DNA of 64,000 nt from an uncultured bacterium (GTDB taxonomy: Bacteria; Bacteroidota; Bacteroidia; Bacteroidales; CAIXTV01): assembly GCA_903922465.1 (NCBI GenBank), contig CAIXTV010000130.1:3315-67314 (forward strand). The letters run 5' to 3'. Below, one piece after another: positions 16,891 through 27,032 of this stretch (within the stretch, counting starts at the first letter, position 1; each line of letters opens with the position of its first letter). Under the pieces are notes generated by a model. The model was not told the origin of the DNA and made no database searches. It was given only the letters and a program-made list of their open reading frames with translations. Both the position numbers and the translations under genes were made by a program.

Positions 16891-17217
16891 AAAATCAGCA
16901 AAATCATCCCAGTTTTAGAAGATGATTTCCTCGTTTTACAAACGATATGTCGAAGTGTTTTACCCCCTTGCTGTGATTATTTTTTCCTACACCTTATATT
17001 TATATAGCACATCCATCATCCAAAAAAAAATTCCATCCTTGTTCTGGATGAAATTTTTCTTTTCCTTACATTTTAATCTCTATATCAATAATATCAAAAT
17101 ATTTTGCAGTTGAAGTAGGCTAATGAGGCCTTACAACTTAATGTAATGGGAAAACATCAGCATTTTTTCACTGTAGAAGTCCCACATCCTGATGCAAATC
17201 GGCTTTTTGGTTAGGCC

Positions 17218-20200
17218 TTATTCCCACATGGGGATGAGGGGCGAATGCATTTCTTCGCCAAACTGCCTTGCATCCTTCAAATTAAACCTTTTGTGGAGCT
17301 GAATGTAGCAATCGAAGGTAACTTTTCCCTCCTGGTCGGCCTTGAAATTGGTGTTCCAATAATTATTCATGGCATAGAGGAACAAATCGGAGGTCATGGA
17401 TATGCGGTCTTTCCATGCACGCGAGCCTTTGTTGAGGGGCCTTTCGTCGGTGATACTTCCCAACTCAAACAGAGCGGCTTGGGGGCTGCAAACGGTGGCT
17501 CCGTTGTCGTCGTTCGAGATATCTATCCAGCGTTGAACCGAGAAAAAGTCCTTGTTAGACCCGGGTATCTGACTTTTTCCCGGTATAAAGAAGGTGTCGG
17601 AGATGCCCACGCGGTCGAGCGGCCCCGAAATGTCGAAAGGAAACACAATGTGCAGGCCTTCTTTTTCTCTGATGGCCTTCTTATCGATTGTGCAACTGAG
17701 TTTTATGTAGTTCAGCCCATGATAAAAGCTAATCTGATAGCTAACTTGATGTGTTCCCTCCATATTGCAGTTTATCTTGATGGTTTTTGTGATGATGCCG
17801 TTTTCGCTTTCCTCAATATTTTTCACAACAGAGGTGGTGCGATTGGCAGGGTCGAAACCTTTGACATACAATGCCTGATTCAAGCCCTTGAAATCGGCAG
17901 TATTCACCCATTCTTTGTCTAAATACTTGAGTTGTCGCAAAGCGCCGCTGAGGCTGTCTATCGTATAGCTGTATTGGTCGATAGGCATTTCTTGTTTTCG
18001 CTTGCTCGACACAAAAGTAAACTTCTTGCTGCCCGAAGCCGCCACGTTTTTCGCCAAAAAACAAACATTGCCGTTGTTCAAATGCTGAATAAAGCTGAAT
18101 TCACCGTTTTCGTCCATCACTCCATTGCCCTTAATGTTGCTTGGGAGGCTAATTTCGACATAAGCCGAGCGCATATAGGGCAAGGTGTTGTAAACCACCA
18201 GGGTTTTTGGGCTAGGGTTTTCGGGAAGTAAGACTTTTTCGATTAGGGCGATGTATTTTTTGGTCGAATCGATGAAAGCTTTTTTGTAGTTCCACTGATT
18301 GATGGCGAAAGCATCGTCGGGGGCCGAAATACTATTCCATGCACCCCAGGTGTGCTCGTGAAACATCACCACATTTTTGCGTGCTTCGATGAAGTTTTCG
18401 GGCTGAACCGTTTTTTCGGGCTTGATGTTGGCCAACAATTGCAGTTGCTCAACTTTGTCGCTCAGTATTCTGTTCTCGCATTCTTCAGCCGCCGTTGAAT
18501 ATGCCCCATCTTCCCAGTAGGGAGTGAAGTCGCCACTCAAAACAGGCAAATCTTTGCCATATTTTTGTTCGAAACGCTGCATCATATCGTCCACATTGGC
18601 GATGATAATCTTAGGTGAGACATATTTTAGGTTCCAATCGCGCACAAAATTGCTTAAATTGGTATCCAATGGGCCGTTGTCCGACTTAATGGTGTATCTG
18701 AGCTGAATCATATCGTAAGGATATTGGGCCGAATCGAGTTTATTGATATAAATGCTCAACTTTTCCTTCATCTTATTGCCCAATTCAGGAAAAGGAATGC
18801 CGTGAAAGGCGCCATAACCGAGGCCTGCCGTCCAAAGTAAGACTTTTTCGTTGCTCTTGGTCGATTTCCAATAAAAAGGTTTGTCGCCTAACTTGCGATA
18901 AATCGAGCCAATTCGCTCGCCCCCGTCAGGTGTTTCGGGAATATAATTGGGTCCGTTCGATAAATATTTAAATCCGCCGGCCAAAAGGGCATCAACGGTG
19001 CTCCAACTAATACCCGGAATATCACTCAACATGGCAGAGGTGATGTTAAAGCCATATTTCTTCTTCAAAATGCCTGCATATTCACTAATCCAGCCAAGTT
19101 CAGGGGCCGAACACAGGCCTGTCATCACGCCTGCATAGAATGATGTTAAACAAATGCTGTTATTTTTTACGGCATCGATGAATCTTGCTTTGTCTTTGCC
19201 CCTTGCGTTGGCAAAAAAGTATTCAACAGGCCAAAGAGTCTCTTCATTCCACACAAAACGGCTGCCTTTAGGGTAATTTGCCGTGCGGTCAATCATATCC
19301 AAGGCATCCATGATGTTCTGTTGCTGTATTTTCATCACATCATCCTGAAAATGTGAGTAACCAATGTCGTTATGGCTGTGATGTATGATGTCAACTTCTC
19401 TCCTAATCACCGGATTTTGCATGACGCTAAGCTCATACACCACCTTATTCCCCAATTTCAGAACAGTATTAAGCTGAAGGGGGGCGCTCACGGTATCTAA
19501 AGGAATTTCAAGACTGTTAAAACCTTCATTAACCGCCACTTCAATTGGCTTTTGATTGATGATGAGGGTGATTTTCTTCTCATTTGGATAAATATGATCG
19601 ATGTAAACCTGAAGAAGTTGCTTAATGCCTTTGTCGGTGTTCATTAAGAAAGGAGTTGCGGTAATGAGTGCTTTCTCTTTATAAGGATATCGGAAAACCA
19701 TAAACCAATCGTTGCGGTTTTCGGCCATTCCTGTCATCGAAAGACTCAAAGGCTTGCCCGCAGTGAGGAGTTTACGGGGAACACGCAAATACATATCGCC
19801 AAAAAGGTCTTTATGCACATCGGTTTTTGTGGCCGAGAAAACCACTTTCACCGAATCTTTACCCGAAAACGACCAAACTAAAGGAGGTTTTTGGTTTTGT
19901 TGGATGGTGATTTTCAGGTAATTTACCCCGTTGATGCTGAGTTGGAAAGAACTCACCCCAAAGCTGGTACCACTCGAGTGTCCCGATAGCCAATAGAAGT
20001 AATAATAATCCTTATCGAGCACTTGTGGCAGACTTTCAGTTTCCCAACTAATGGTTTTCTTGCCATCGGTGCATCTTGTGAGCAAGGCATCCTTGGCAAA
20101 ATAGGCTGATGATGAATAATAGTTTAAAATTTCGCCCGAAATGTCCTTTTCAAAGCCATTCATTAGGTTTTGTTTCCCGAAAACGGGGAGGTCGCGCTGT

Positions 20201-20274
20201 GCAAACAGCCCTTGTTGGCTCAAAATGAGCATTAAGGTGAGCAGAAGTCTTGTGCTTAGTTTTGTTATTTTCAT
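17218..20274 (-). CDS. Secreted GH38-like glycoside hydrolase (alpha-mannosidase-like), 1018 aa.
   Basis: Signal peptide. The metal-site-like motif DIIHHSHNDIGYSH resembles the GH38 N-terminal HSHxD signature, and the size fits. The family assignment is tentative. Confidence 0.5.
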   Translation of the reverse strand: MKITKLSTRLLLTLMLILSQQGLFAQRDLPVFGKQNLMNGFEKDISGEILNYYSSSAYFAKDALLTRCTDGKKTISWETESLPQVLDKDYYYFYWLSGHSSGTSFGVSSFQLSINGVNYLKITIQQNQKPPLVWSFSGKDSVKVVFSATKTDVHKDLFGDMYLRVPRKLLTAGKPLSLSMTGMAENRNDWFMVFRYPYKEKALITATPFLMNTDKGIKQLLQVYIDHIYPNEKKITLIINQKPIEVAVNEGFNSLEIPLDTVSAPLQLNTVLKLGNKVVYELSVMQNPVIRREVDIIHHSHNDIGYSHFQDDVMKIQQQNIMDALDMIDRTANYPKGSRFVWNEETLWPVEYFFANARGKDKARFIDAVKNNSICLTSFYAGVMTGLCSAPELGWISEYAGILKKKYGFNITSAMLSDIPGISWSTVDALLAGGFKYLSNGPNYIPETPDGGERIGSIYRKLGDKPFYWKSTKSNEKVLLWTAGLGYGAFHGIPFPELGNKMKEKLSIYINKLDSAQYPYDMIQLRYTIKSDNGPLDTNLSNFVRDWNLKYVSPKIIIANVDDMMQRFEQKYGKDLPVLSGDFTPYWEDGAYSTAAEECENRILSDKVEQLQLLANIKPEKTVQPENFIEARKNVVMFHEHTWGAWNSISAPDDAFAINQWNYKKAFIDSTKKYIALIEKVLLPENPSPKTLVVYNTLPYMRSAYVEISLPSNIKGNGVMDENGEFSFIQHLNNGNVCFLAKNVAASGSKKFTFVSSKRKQEMPIDQYSYTIDSLSGALRQLKYLDKEWVNTADFKGLNQALYVKGFDPANRTTSVVKNIEESENGIITKTIKINCNMEGTHQVSYQISFYHGLNYIKLSCTIDKKAIREKEGLHIVFPFDISGPLDRVGISDTFFIPGKSQIPGSNKDFFSVQRWIDISNDDNGATVCSPQAALFELGSITDERPLNKGSRAWKDRISMTSDLFLYAMNNYWNTNFKADQEGKVTFDCYIQLHKRFNLKDARQFGEEMHSPLIPMWE

Positions 20275-20307
20275 AAGTTGCAGTATTTAGATTTTAATCA
20301 ATTCGAA

Positions 20308-20766
20308 TCATAGGGCATCAAAAGTAGGAATTTCTTTAATTAAATGAATATTTTTCCCTGATGGGGAAGAATTACACGAAACCATATAATGTTTCATTCC
20401 ATTACTTATCACTAAATAAGGGACGTTCAGCGAAAAATTGTAACGTGCAATTTGTTCCAACACTTTCTGATTTATGGGGATGTGAGGTGCCTTACATTCA
20501 ATCAAAACCAGCGGCTGAGCCTCTGCATTGAACACCAAAGCATCGCATCTTTTCTTCAAACCATTATATTGCAGACTAAATTCGACGGCAATCAGGCTGG
20601 CGGGATAGTTTTTTTCTTCTACAAGATATCTAAGGAGGTGCTGCCTGACCCATTCTTCAGGAGTATTCTTCACGTATTTCTTTCGTATAGAGTCGAATAT
20701 CTCAATATTGCCACTGTGTTTTCTAAAAGAAAACTCAAATTCCGGAAAATTTAATTTGCCTAACAT
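20308..20766 (-). CDS. HsdR-N-terminal-like (PD-(D/E)xK fold) stand-alone protein.
   Basis: EEWVRQHLLRYLVEEKNYP..IAVE....G..KRCDALVFN...QPLVLIECKAP matches the pattern of the type I restriction enzyme R protein N-terminal domain family. Confidence 0.65.
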   Translation of the reverse strand: MLGKLNFPEFEFSFRKHSGNIEIFDSIRKKYVKNTPEEWVRQHLLRYLVEEKNYPASLIAVEFSLQYNGLKKRCDALVFNAEAQPLVLIECKAPHIPINQKVLEQIARYNFSLNVPYLVISNGMKHYMVSCNSSPSGKNIHLIKEIPTFDAL

Positions 20767-20787
20767 TATTGATATTGTTTATTCAGT

Positions 20788-20795
20788 TAATTTTG
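20788..20795 (+). promoter_or_regulatory. -7 box TAATTTTG.
   Basis: 29 nt upstream of the ATG at 20824, with a TTG about 16 nt further upstream. Confidence 0.4.
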
Positions 20796-20823
20796 TAAAA
20801 AACATCCAAAGATAATATATATT

Positions 20824-21288
20824 ATGAATTCTTACCCAATAAACAAAACCGAAGAGCTTGCGGCAGTGATAAACGCATGCGATGTTTGCTACGTTTCAAT
20901 GGTTGATGAGGAGCAAAAGCCTTATGTTTTACCTTTTAATTTTGGTTACGACGGGAATTACCTCTACCTTCATTCGGGATCAGAGGGGAAAAAGATGGAT
21001 ATTTTGGCTCATAACAACAATGTATGTATCGTATTCAGTACCAACCACGAATTATATCATCAAAACGAAAAGGTTGCCTGCAGTTGGGGAATGAAATATA
21101 AAAGCGTAATGCTGTATGGGCAGAACGAATTCATCGACGATTTGCATCAGAAGGCCGATATCCTCAATATTATCATGAAAAAATATTCAGGAAAAGACGA
21201 TTTCTGCTATAGCGACCCTTCACTAAAAAATGTTACGATTTTTAAGATCAACATCTCTTCAATTACAGGCAAACAAAGGGGGCATTAA
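20824..21288 (+). CDS. Pyridoxamine 5'-phosphate oxidase-like FMN-binding protein.
   Basis: 154 aa. CYVSMVDEEQKPYVLPFNFGYDGNYLYLHSGSEGKK is typical of the split-barrel flavoprotein family. Confidence 0.7.
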   Translation: MNSYPINKTEELAAVINACDVCYVSMVDEEQKPYVLPFNFGYDGNYLYLHSGSEGKKMDILAHNNNVCIVFSTNHELYHQNEKVACSWGMKYKSVMLYGQNEFIDDLHQKADILNIIMKKYSGKDDFCYSDPSLKNVTIFKINISSITGKQRGH

Positions 21289-21425
21289 TAAGCTTAGGGT
21301 TCAAAAATGAACTCATTTGGGTATTTTTAGCCGCTGATACAATAAGTTATTCCTTAAAAGCAATGTGTATTGATGAGGGCGCAGGGTGTTTTTTGTTGAG
21401 AAATCTTTGAGGGACAGAAAAAACT

Positions 21426-22526
21426 CTAATCCACCACAATTTTCTTCGACATAGTCCGGTTTCCCGCATCGAATTGCACAATATATATGCCTTTCGACAA
21501 GCCCAAACTTTCAATACTAAAGCTTAAACGATGTTCGTTGGCATTGAGATACTTATTATACAAGTCTTTTATCCTTATGCCCCTTTCATCAAAAACAGCA
21601 ATCGAAACTTTTGCGCCCACACTCAAGCGAAAGCCAATATCTAAAGTGCTTTTCACAGGATTAGGGAAGACCTTAACATCAAACTGATAGGCATTATTCT
21701 CAATACCGGTGCCTGCCATGTTCATAAACACCACATCTGCCGAATTGAAGCAGGGAATAACCAAAGTGTCGTTGAGTTTATTGTAAAAGATGTCGGCCGG
21801 ACCGTCAACTGCCGAAGCAACTATGGTGGGAGAGCCCGAGAAAGTGCTGTTATAACGATAGACTTTATTGGTTGCCCAACTCGAAACATAATAATTCCCC
21901 GAACCATCACGGGTAATCCCGTCTAAATTCGAAACCGTAGTTGCGGCAAAGGTCGAAATCACATCGCTGCCAAGGGTTATCGACTGAATTGGCGAATTGA
22001 GGCGGTAGGAAACAAAAAGCAAACGGTTGGCTGCGCTGTCGAGCATGATGCCATTGGGAGAAATGACGGCAGATGCCACGTCAGGCAGGGGGGTCACCTG
22101 CAACGTACTGCGGTTTATCTTGAAAATCTTGCTTGCGGCATTATCCGTAACATACATAAACCCATTCCCTGCATATACAATATCATTTAGAAAGGTGGCT
22201 CCCGTAATGTTTATGGTAGCAAGGACACTTGCACTCGTAAGTCCGATGGCCTTCACCGAAGTAACATCAGCAACAAAAAGAGTATCGCTGATAATGCACA
22301 TCCCTTTGGGAGAATTGACGCCGTTGGTCAAAAAAGGAGTGACAGCCAGGGTGTTTCTGTCGACAACCACCAAATTCCCGCCCGAGGTCCCGTTTCCGGC
22401 ATTCGAAATTATGTAGCGACTGTTGGCTGCATCGTAAATCGCGCTCTCAGGACTTGAATACTGCGCATTTGCAAACTGACTTATCATCAAAAGAGTCAGA
22501 CAAATAAAGAAAATGTTTTTTTTCAT
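21426..22526 (-). CDS. Secreted beta-propeller-like protein with a T9SS type A CTD.
   Basis: Signal peptide, repetitive propeller-like blades, and C-terminal FPNPVKSTLDIGF...GIYIVQFDAGNRTMSKKIVVD. Confidence 0.6.
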   Translation of the reverse strand: MKKNIFFICLTLLMISQFANAQYSSPESAIYDAANSRYIISNAGNGTSGGNLVVVDRNTLAVTPFLTNGVNSPKGMCIISDTLFVADVTSVKAIGLTSASVLATINITGATFLNDIVYAGNGFMYVTDNAASKIFKINRSTLQVTPLPDVASAVISPNGIMLDSAANRLLFVSYRLNSPIQSITLGSDVISTFAATTVSNLDGITRDGSGNYYVSSWATNKVYRYNSTFSGSPTIVASAVDGPADIFYNKLNDTLVIPCFNSADVVFMNMAGTGIENNAYQFDVKVFPNPVKSTLDIGFRLSVGAKVSIAVFDERGIRIKDLYNKYLNANEHRLSFSIESLGLSKGIYIVQFDAGNRTMSKKIVVD

Positions 22527-22548
22527 GACGAATAATGTTTAGGAAGAA

Positions 22549-22556
22549 CAAAAATA
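22549..22556 (-). promoter_or_regulatory. -7 box TATTTTTG.
   Basis: The plus strand reads caaaaata, 23 nt upstream of the ATG at 22526. Confidence 0.4.
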
Positions 22557-22630
22557 AGAATTATTTTGAAGAAAAAGTAAGTTGAGCTAAATCCTTTTCA
22601 AGAGAAACGAGCTTTCATCTCATCGAAGGT

Positions 22631-22975
22631 TCAATTTCTTTTCATGGCTCTGACAATTAAAAGGATGATAGTAGTGAGCCATCCTATCGGATAAGGCAAA
22701 ATAAGCGTTCCCCACCACCACGAAAGCTTCGAACTACCCCCAAAACCACCAAGTGAGGATAAAAAGAACAAAAAGAAAACACCAAAAGCTATCATTATCA
22801 TGGAAATAAGAAATATTTTCCAATGCCTGTCGTGTGTTTTATGGGTAGTTAAGGCAAGAAGGGCGCTGCCCATGATAATTAATATGGAACCTTCCAAAGG
22901 ATCGATTGCCCCAACGATAAGTGTTATAATTCCAATGAAATAAACGCTACGAATCCATTTTGGTTTGTCTTTCAT
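22631..22975 (-). CDS. Small integral membrane protein (114 aa, about 4 TM helices).
   Basis: The hydrophobic segment pattern is the only evidence. Confidence 0.45.
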   Translation of the reverse strand: MKDKPKWIRSVYFIGIITLIVGAIDPLEGSILIIMGSALLALTTHKTHDRHWKIFLISMIMIAFGVFFLFFLSSLGGFGGSSKLSWWWGTLILPYPIGWLTTIILLIVRAMKRN

Positions 22976-23619
22976 ACTGCCTTATGTTTTTTAGATTATT
23001 GGGCTGTGCCCTGATTATAAAGTTTAAAGTTGAAAAGCTGTGCCACAAAGTTACAAAAAACTTCTTTAACCAAACACAATGACATCCTTTTGATTGCATA
23101 AGATTGATATTTCAAGAAAACACTAAATGAAATCTGCTGTAATTCAAAATGATTTTTGCCTTACACCGTCATCTCCTCTGCATTAAAAGGTGGAATTCCC
23201 TGATTTGAAAATATATTTTCCTACAAAATCATCATTAAATAAAGAACAATCCCCTGAAAACGAACGGAAAATAATGGATATCTAATCAAATTTAGTATTT
23301 CCTGAAGGATATTTCGAGCTAATAATTTATTACAGCATTTAAAATCTAAATAATTTCGCCTTCCAGTAAATAATAATATGCCCTGAACAGAAAAAACAAA
23401 AACTTATTTACCCAATCAGCTCAATTTGTAATATGCTACTAATGAAGACAGGCATAGGAAAGGGAATACTGCTGTAATAATAAATGTCCATGCCATAATT
23501 ACAGTAAATATTTCAAAAACATAATGATTTAGCGGCTTCTTTTCCGAGCTCACCCCACGAAAGTAATGCTGTTTTTCCGAATAATCGAATTATTTATTTT
23601 GATAACAGAAATATTTTAT

Positions 23620-23627
23620 TACTTTTG
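23620..23627 (+). promoter_or_regulatory. -7 box TACTTTTG for tRNA-Phe.
   Basis: It ends 12 nt before the mature tRNA 5' end. A TTG lies at 23599-23601, at about the -33 spacing. Confidence 0.45.
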
Positions 23628-23639
23628 CCGCCTATTGTT

Positions 23640-23712
<73 letters not shown>

Positions 23713-23716
23713 CATC

Positions 23717-23751
23717 AAAAAAGGCTGTCTTAATTAAGGCAGCCTCTTTTT
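23717..23751. terminator. Bidirectional rho-independent terminator.
   Basis: Stem AGGCTGTC / GGCAGCCT (one G-U pair) with an 8-nt loop. An A-run lies upstream and a T-run downstream. It sits between the tRNA and the convergent 23771..26458 gene. Confidence 0.7.
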
Positions 23752-23770
23752 GTTTATAGGGTTTTCTTGT

Positions 23771-26458
23771 CTATCGAATGATAGTCACCGAACCCGAGTG
23801 AGATAGGTCTTTGTTTAAGGAAGCACTATGCCAAGTAAAGATATAATAATATACTCCATCGGCTGCACCTTCTCCACCCCACAAATTATCATAACTACTT
23901 TTCTCGAATATTTTCTTTCCCCAGCGGTTATAGACTACAAAAGTGTTGCTACGTTCGGGTAACAAACCTTTAATTGCAAAATAATCGTTGTTATTATCTG
24001 CATTAGGTGTAATTACATTAGGGAACTCAAATTCTGGTTCAACAGTAATGTTCATACTGAATGTTTTAACACAACCTTCTGTTGTGGTAACAGTCAATAG
24101 AACTAAATAAGTGCCGTCAACCGTAAAAGTATTGCTAACAACCTGACCACTTCCGGTGTTACCATCTTTAAAATCCCAATCCCATGAAGCAACATTGGGC
24201 ACAGAACAAATACCCGTAAACGTTATTGTGCCATTTACATCAACAATGTTAGGGCTAGCAATAAAACTAACATCAGGGACATCATATACGGTTATATAAC
24301 TATTCTTAATTTCATCATCTTCGCACCCTAAGTCTGTTTTCACATGAAGTGAAACACTATACACTCCCGGAGTCAAATAGGTATAGGTTGGATTTTGTAA
24401 AGTAGAGGTGCCTCCATCACCAAAATCCCAATTCCATAAAGCAGTATTGGCTCCACTCGTATTATCGATAAAAGAAGTGGTAAGAGGTTCACATCCATTC
24501 AAGGGCGAAGCAGTAAAATCGGATAAAGGTGCAGGGTGAACCAAGATATTTATAGTATCAGAGTCGACACAAGAAACATTACCGTTTGTATTTGTAGCAA
24601 TCACCCAATACTGATCAGGTGTATTGATAAATATTATGGAATCAGGACCTGTAGCACCGGTAGACCATTCATAAAGTGTACCAATTCCACCTCCGTTCAA
24701 TTCAATAACTTGACCCGTACATATTGCTGTATCAGGACCTAAGTCTACTACAGGTTGAGTAAGTACATTTACAAGGAAAGTAGTGTCATATTGACAACCA
24801 AAAGCATCGATTAAAGTAAAAGTATAGTTGTAATTGTTACCAACAGGAGGTTTAATAATTGCAGAAGTATCCGTTAAAGGGAAAATGTAAGGGCCTGTCC
24901 ACATAACAGTATCAATAGGAACTGTGTACTGCCAACCTGTAGGTAATAAATTGGGGTCAAGATTTAAATCCCATGAAAATATATATCCATTATCGATTCC
25001 CCATTGGTCACAAATACGAATTGTCCATGTTCCATTAAGAGGACAGCCAATTAAACTGGTAAAGGATTGGTCAGGAGTGAAATAATTGGTATGATTCACT
25101 GTATTTGTTGAATCTATTGTTCCTGAACTAGGTTGGGTATTCATAGTACTTCCCTGAGGATATATTTGCGACCAACAATAATTCCAACCCACACCAAATG
25201 GATTATCAACAGGAAGGCAACCATTGTCATAGGTACTGTGATTAGCGCCACCATAAGGAACCCCAAGGAAAGCTCCTGCATTTGTTTGAGCTGAACCCAA
25301 GTAAGTCTTCAAAATTGCTTGCTGATTATTGGGGCAAATAATAGTAAAGTTAAGGTCTCCATTGAAGGAGTGTTCAATATTTACGCAAACTGATAGTATG
25401 TTAGATGCAGCAGAAATGGTTTGCCCAGGAATAAAACAGTTAAAGTTTACATCAGTGTTGTAGCAGGGATTAGATGGGTTGCAATTGGGTCCATCAGGAA
25501 TAAACATAGTACTATCGAAGCGTTGACTTGAACTCTGAATAGAACCAACTGGAGTAATTAAAAAAGTTGACCCAGCATCATATCCTACTTTAACCATTAT
25601 ACTGTCAATACTACAAATATCAGGCAATGCATTTAAATGCGCAATAGGATTCCCTGAAACTCGAACTCTATAATTAATTGCATTGGTACTTAAACAGCCA
25701 TGATTATCGCGCATAGTCAGCTGAATATCATAACCTCTAACTTGAGTGAAATTATGAAAAATTGTCCCACCAGTAATTGAATCTATTGTTCCATCCCCAA
25801 AATTCCAGATATAAGTACAATTCGCATCTGATTGCTGGTAAGCAAAGTTGTTTTCAGGATAATAGCCTTTTCCTACAAACTTAACAGGTTCACCAAAACA
25901 AATATCTATATAATGACTCGAATCAGTTACCGCTGGATTAAAATGTTCGGGTTGAGGATCCGTCAACACAGAATCAATTCCAGCAAAAACTATTTGACAG
26001 GGGGTATAACAAGTGATAGTTGCATCCCATCCTGCAGTATTGGTAGCCGCACTCGATTTAAATTTAAAAGTTAATGCTCCTGAAACATTTGCAAGAGTTG
26101 CTTTAACGGGAAATAGCACCAATGAATTGCTGTTATTGTAGAAAGTATGATTTGTTTGCCCTGTTTGAATTAAGGGTGCAGCAGTGTTTGCTCCATCATA
26201 TATCCACAACGAATCGGAATTATCAACATTAAAGGTGTTAAAATAAAAACTAACCCTTTGTGCTGTGCTACTAGGTTGAAATGTTACAGTATAATACTCG
26301 TTATCAGCATAATTTACCGAACCTCCACCATCGTAAAACAAACCTGAACAGGTAGTGATTGTTTGTCCATCTACAAAACCATTATTCAGCCAATATGTTT
26401 GTGAAAAACCTGACTGAATGAACATAAGACTTATTAATACAAAAATTATTCTTTTCAT
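23771..26458 (-). CDS. Large secreted multidomain protein: CUB-like N-domain, proprotein-convertase P-domain-like module, PKD repeats, type B T9SS (CHU_C / gliding-associated) C-terminal domain.
   Basis: The C-terminus FPNVITPNADNNNDYFAIKG...VYNRWGKKIFE...GVYYYIF is the type B sorting domain. IEHSFNGDLNFTIICPNN ... GTWTIRICDQWGIDNGYIFSWDLNL is P-domain-like. WNFGDGT and WDFGDGG are PKD signatures. Confidence 0.8.
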   Translation of the reverse strand: MKRIIFVLISLMFIQSGFSQTYWLNNGFVDGQTITTCSGLFYDGGGSVNYADNEYYTVTFQPSSTAQRVSFYFNTFNVDNSDSLWIYDGANTAAPLIQTGQTNHTFYNNSNSLVLFPVKATLANVSGALTFKFKSSAATNTAGWDATITCYTPCQIVFAGIDSVLTDPQPEHFNPAVTDSSHYIDICFGEPVKFVGKGYYPENNFAYQQSDANCTYIWNFGDGTIDSITGGTIFHNFTQVRGYDIQLTMRDNHGCLSTNAINYRVRVSGNPIAHLNALPDICSIDSIMVKVGYDAGSTFLITPVGSIQSSSQRFDSTMFIPDGPNCNPSNPCYNTDVNFNCFIPGQTISAASNILSVCVNIEHSFNGDLNFTIICPNNQQAILKTYLGSAQTNAGAFLGVPYGGANHSTYDNGCLPVDNPFGVGWNYCWSQIYPQGSTMNTQPSSGTIDSTNTVNHTNYFTPDQSFTSLIGCPLNGTWTIRICDQWGIDNGYIFSWDLNLDPNLLPTGWQYTVPIDTVMWTGPYIFPLTDTSAIIKPPVGNNYNYTFTLIDAFGCQYDTTFLVNVLTQPVVDLGPDTAICTGQVIELNGGGIGTLYEWSTGATGPDSIIFINTPDQYWVIATNTNGNVSCVDSDTINILVHPAPLSDFTASPLNGCEPLTTSFIDNTSGANTALWNWDFGDGGTSTLQNPTYTYLTPGVYSVSLHVKTDLGCEDDEIKNSYITVYDVPDVSFIASPNIVDVNGTITFTGICSVPNVASWDWDFKDGNTGSGQVVSNTFTVDGTYLVLLTVTTTEGCVKTFSMNITVEPEFEFPNVITPNADNNNDYFAIKGLLPERSNTFVVYNRWGKKIFEKSSYDNLWGGEGAADGVYYYIFTWHSASLNKDLSHSGSVTIIR

Positions 26459-26467
26459 GATGACTGA

Positions 26468-26911
26468 TTATTTTGTTTTATTTGAATTGAATTTTGTTGT
26501 CGTTACACTTTGTGGATAAAACACTAAATATTTTCCATTTCCAAGAGAATATGAAATGTAATGAAGATTATCAATTTTGAAATTATACTTTAAGTAATTG
26601 AATGTTTTTGGTGAAATCGCATTTACATCTTCATTAAAATAGATTGCGAAATCTTTTCTGAGGGTCACATACTTAATGTTTTCGATGGGGCCCTCGGCTT
26701 TATCGGAAATATAATATGCATTTTCAATTAAGTAATTGTAGAGGACGATACTTTCAGGCTTATTTGTTTGCATATCGTTCAACTCTTGTTTGCTAAACAC
26801 CTCTTGCAGACGTTTATCGGGAGTTAATTTAGTTTGATTACTTTGTGCAGAAACCTTTAAGGAAGGAATTAATAACACAAAAATCATTAGATAAAGTAAT
26901 TGGTTTTTCAT
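26468..26911 (-). CDS. Hypothetical secreted protein (147 aa).
   Basis: Signal peptide ..LKVSAQ. It lies 9 nt upstream of the large type B CTD gene. No family recognised. Confidence 0.5.
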   Translation of the reverse strand: MKNQLLYLMIFVLLIPSLKVSAQSNQTKLTPDKRLQEVFSKQELNDMQTNKPESIVLYNYLIENAYYISDKAEGPIENIKYVTLRKDFAIYFNEDVNAISPKTFNYLKYNFKIDNLHYISYSLGNGKYLVFYPQSVTTTKFNSNKTK

Positions 26912-27018
26912 TTTTTCAGTTTTAAATTGACACGCGAAGTTATAATAAATATTTTAATTCAAGCTTAAGACGAAAAAAATAATCAAAGGGTTGCTTCTCT
27001 CAATGTGATTATTTATAT

Positions 27019-27026
27019 TAATTTTG
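27019..27026 (+). promoter_or_regulatory. -7 box TAATTTTG for lepA.
   Basis: It ends 6 nt before the lepA ATG (27033). Confidence 0.4.
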
Positions 27027-27032
27027 CAGAAT

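Noticed and set aside
16662-17007. Three overlapping track ORFs (16662..16925 +, 16698..16907 -, 16759..17007 +).
   Set aside because: They are open only because the 42-bp repeat lacks stop codons in several frames. The products are low-complexity repeats with no credible start context.
15132-17032. Direct repeat tccatcatccaa(c/a)aaaaaa flanking the lipoprotein gene and the 42-bp array, which could be target-site or att duplication.
   Set aside because: Only a 12-nt exact match plus an A-run. Matches of that length are expected by chance many times in 64 kb of AT-rich DNA, and there is no recombinase.
13201-19921. Long antisense ORFs inside the SGNH, GNAT and GH38-like genes (for example 13201..13698, 14392..14823, 17245..17922).
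   Set aside because: They fall in the GC-richer block, where stop codons are rare. The opposite strand carries genes with recognisable motifs, and the antisense products are low-complexity.
20308-20766. Part of a type I restriction-modification or defence system.
   Set aside because: It is a stand-alone 152-aa HsdR-N-like domain protein. No helicase, methylase or specificity genes are nearby. Its neighbours are a glycoside hydrolase and a flavoprotein.
22512-22526. A7-A8 homopolymer runs at the 5' ends of many secreted-protein genes (MKK.. starts), as phase-variation switches.
   Set aside because: They are a direct consequence of Lys-Lys codons in an AT-rich genome and occur in most signal peptides here. 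The single sequence gives no evidence of length heterogeneity.
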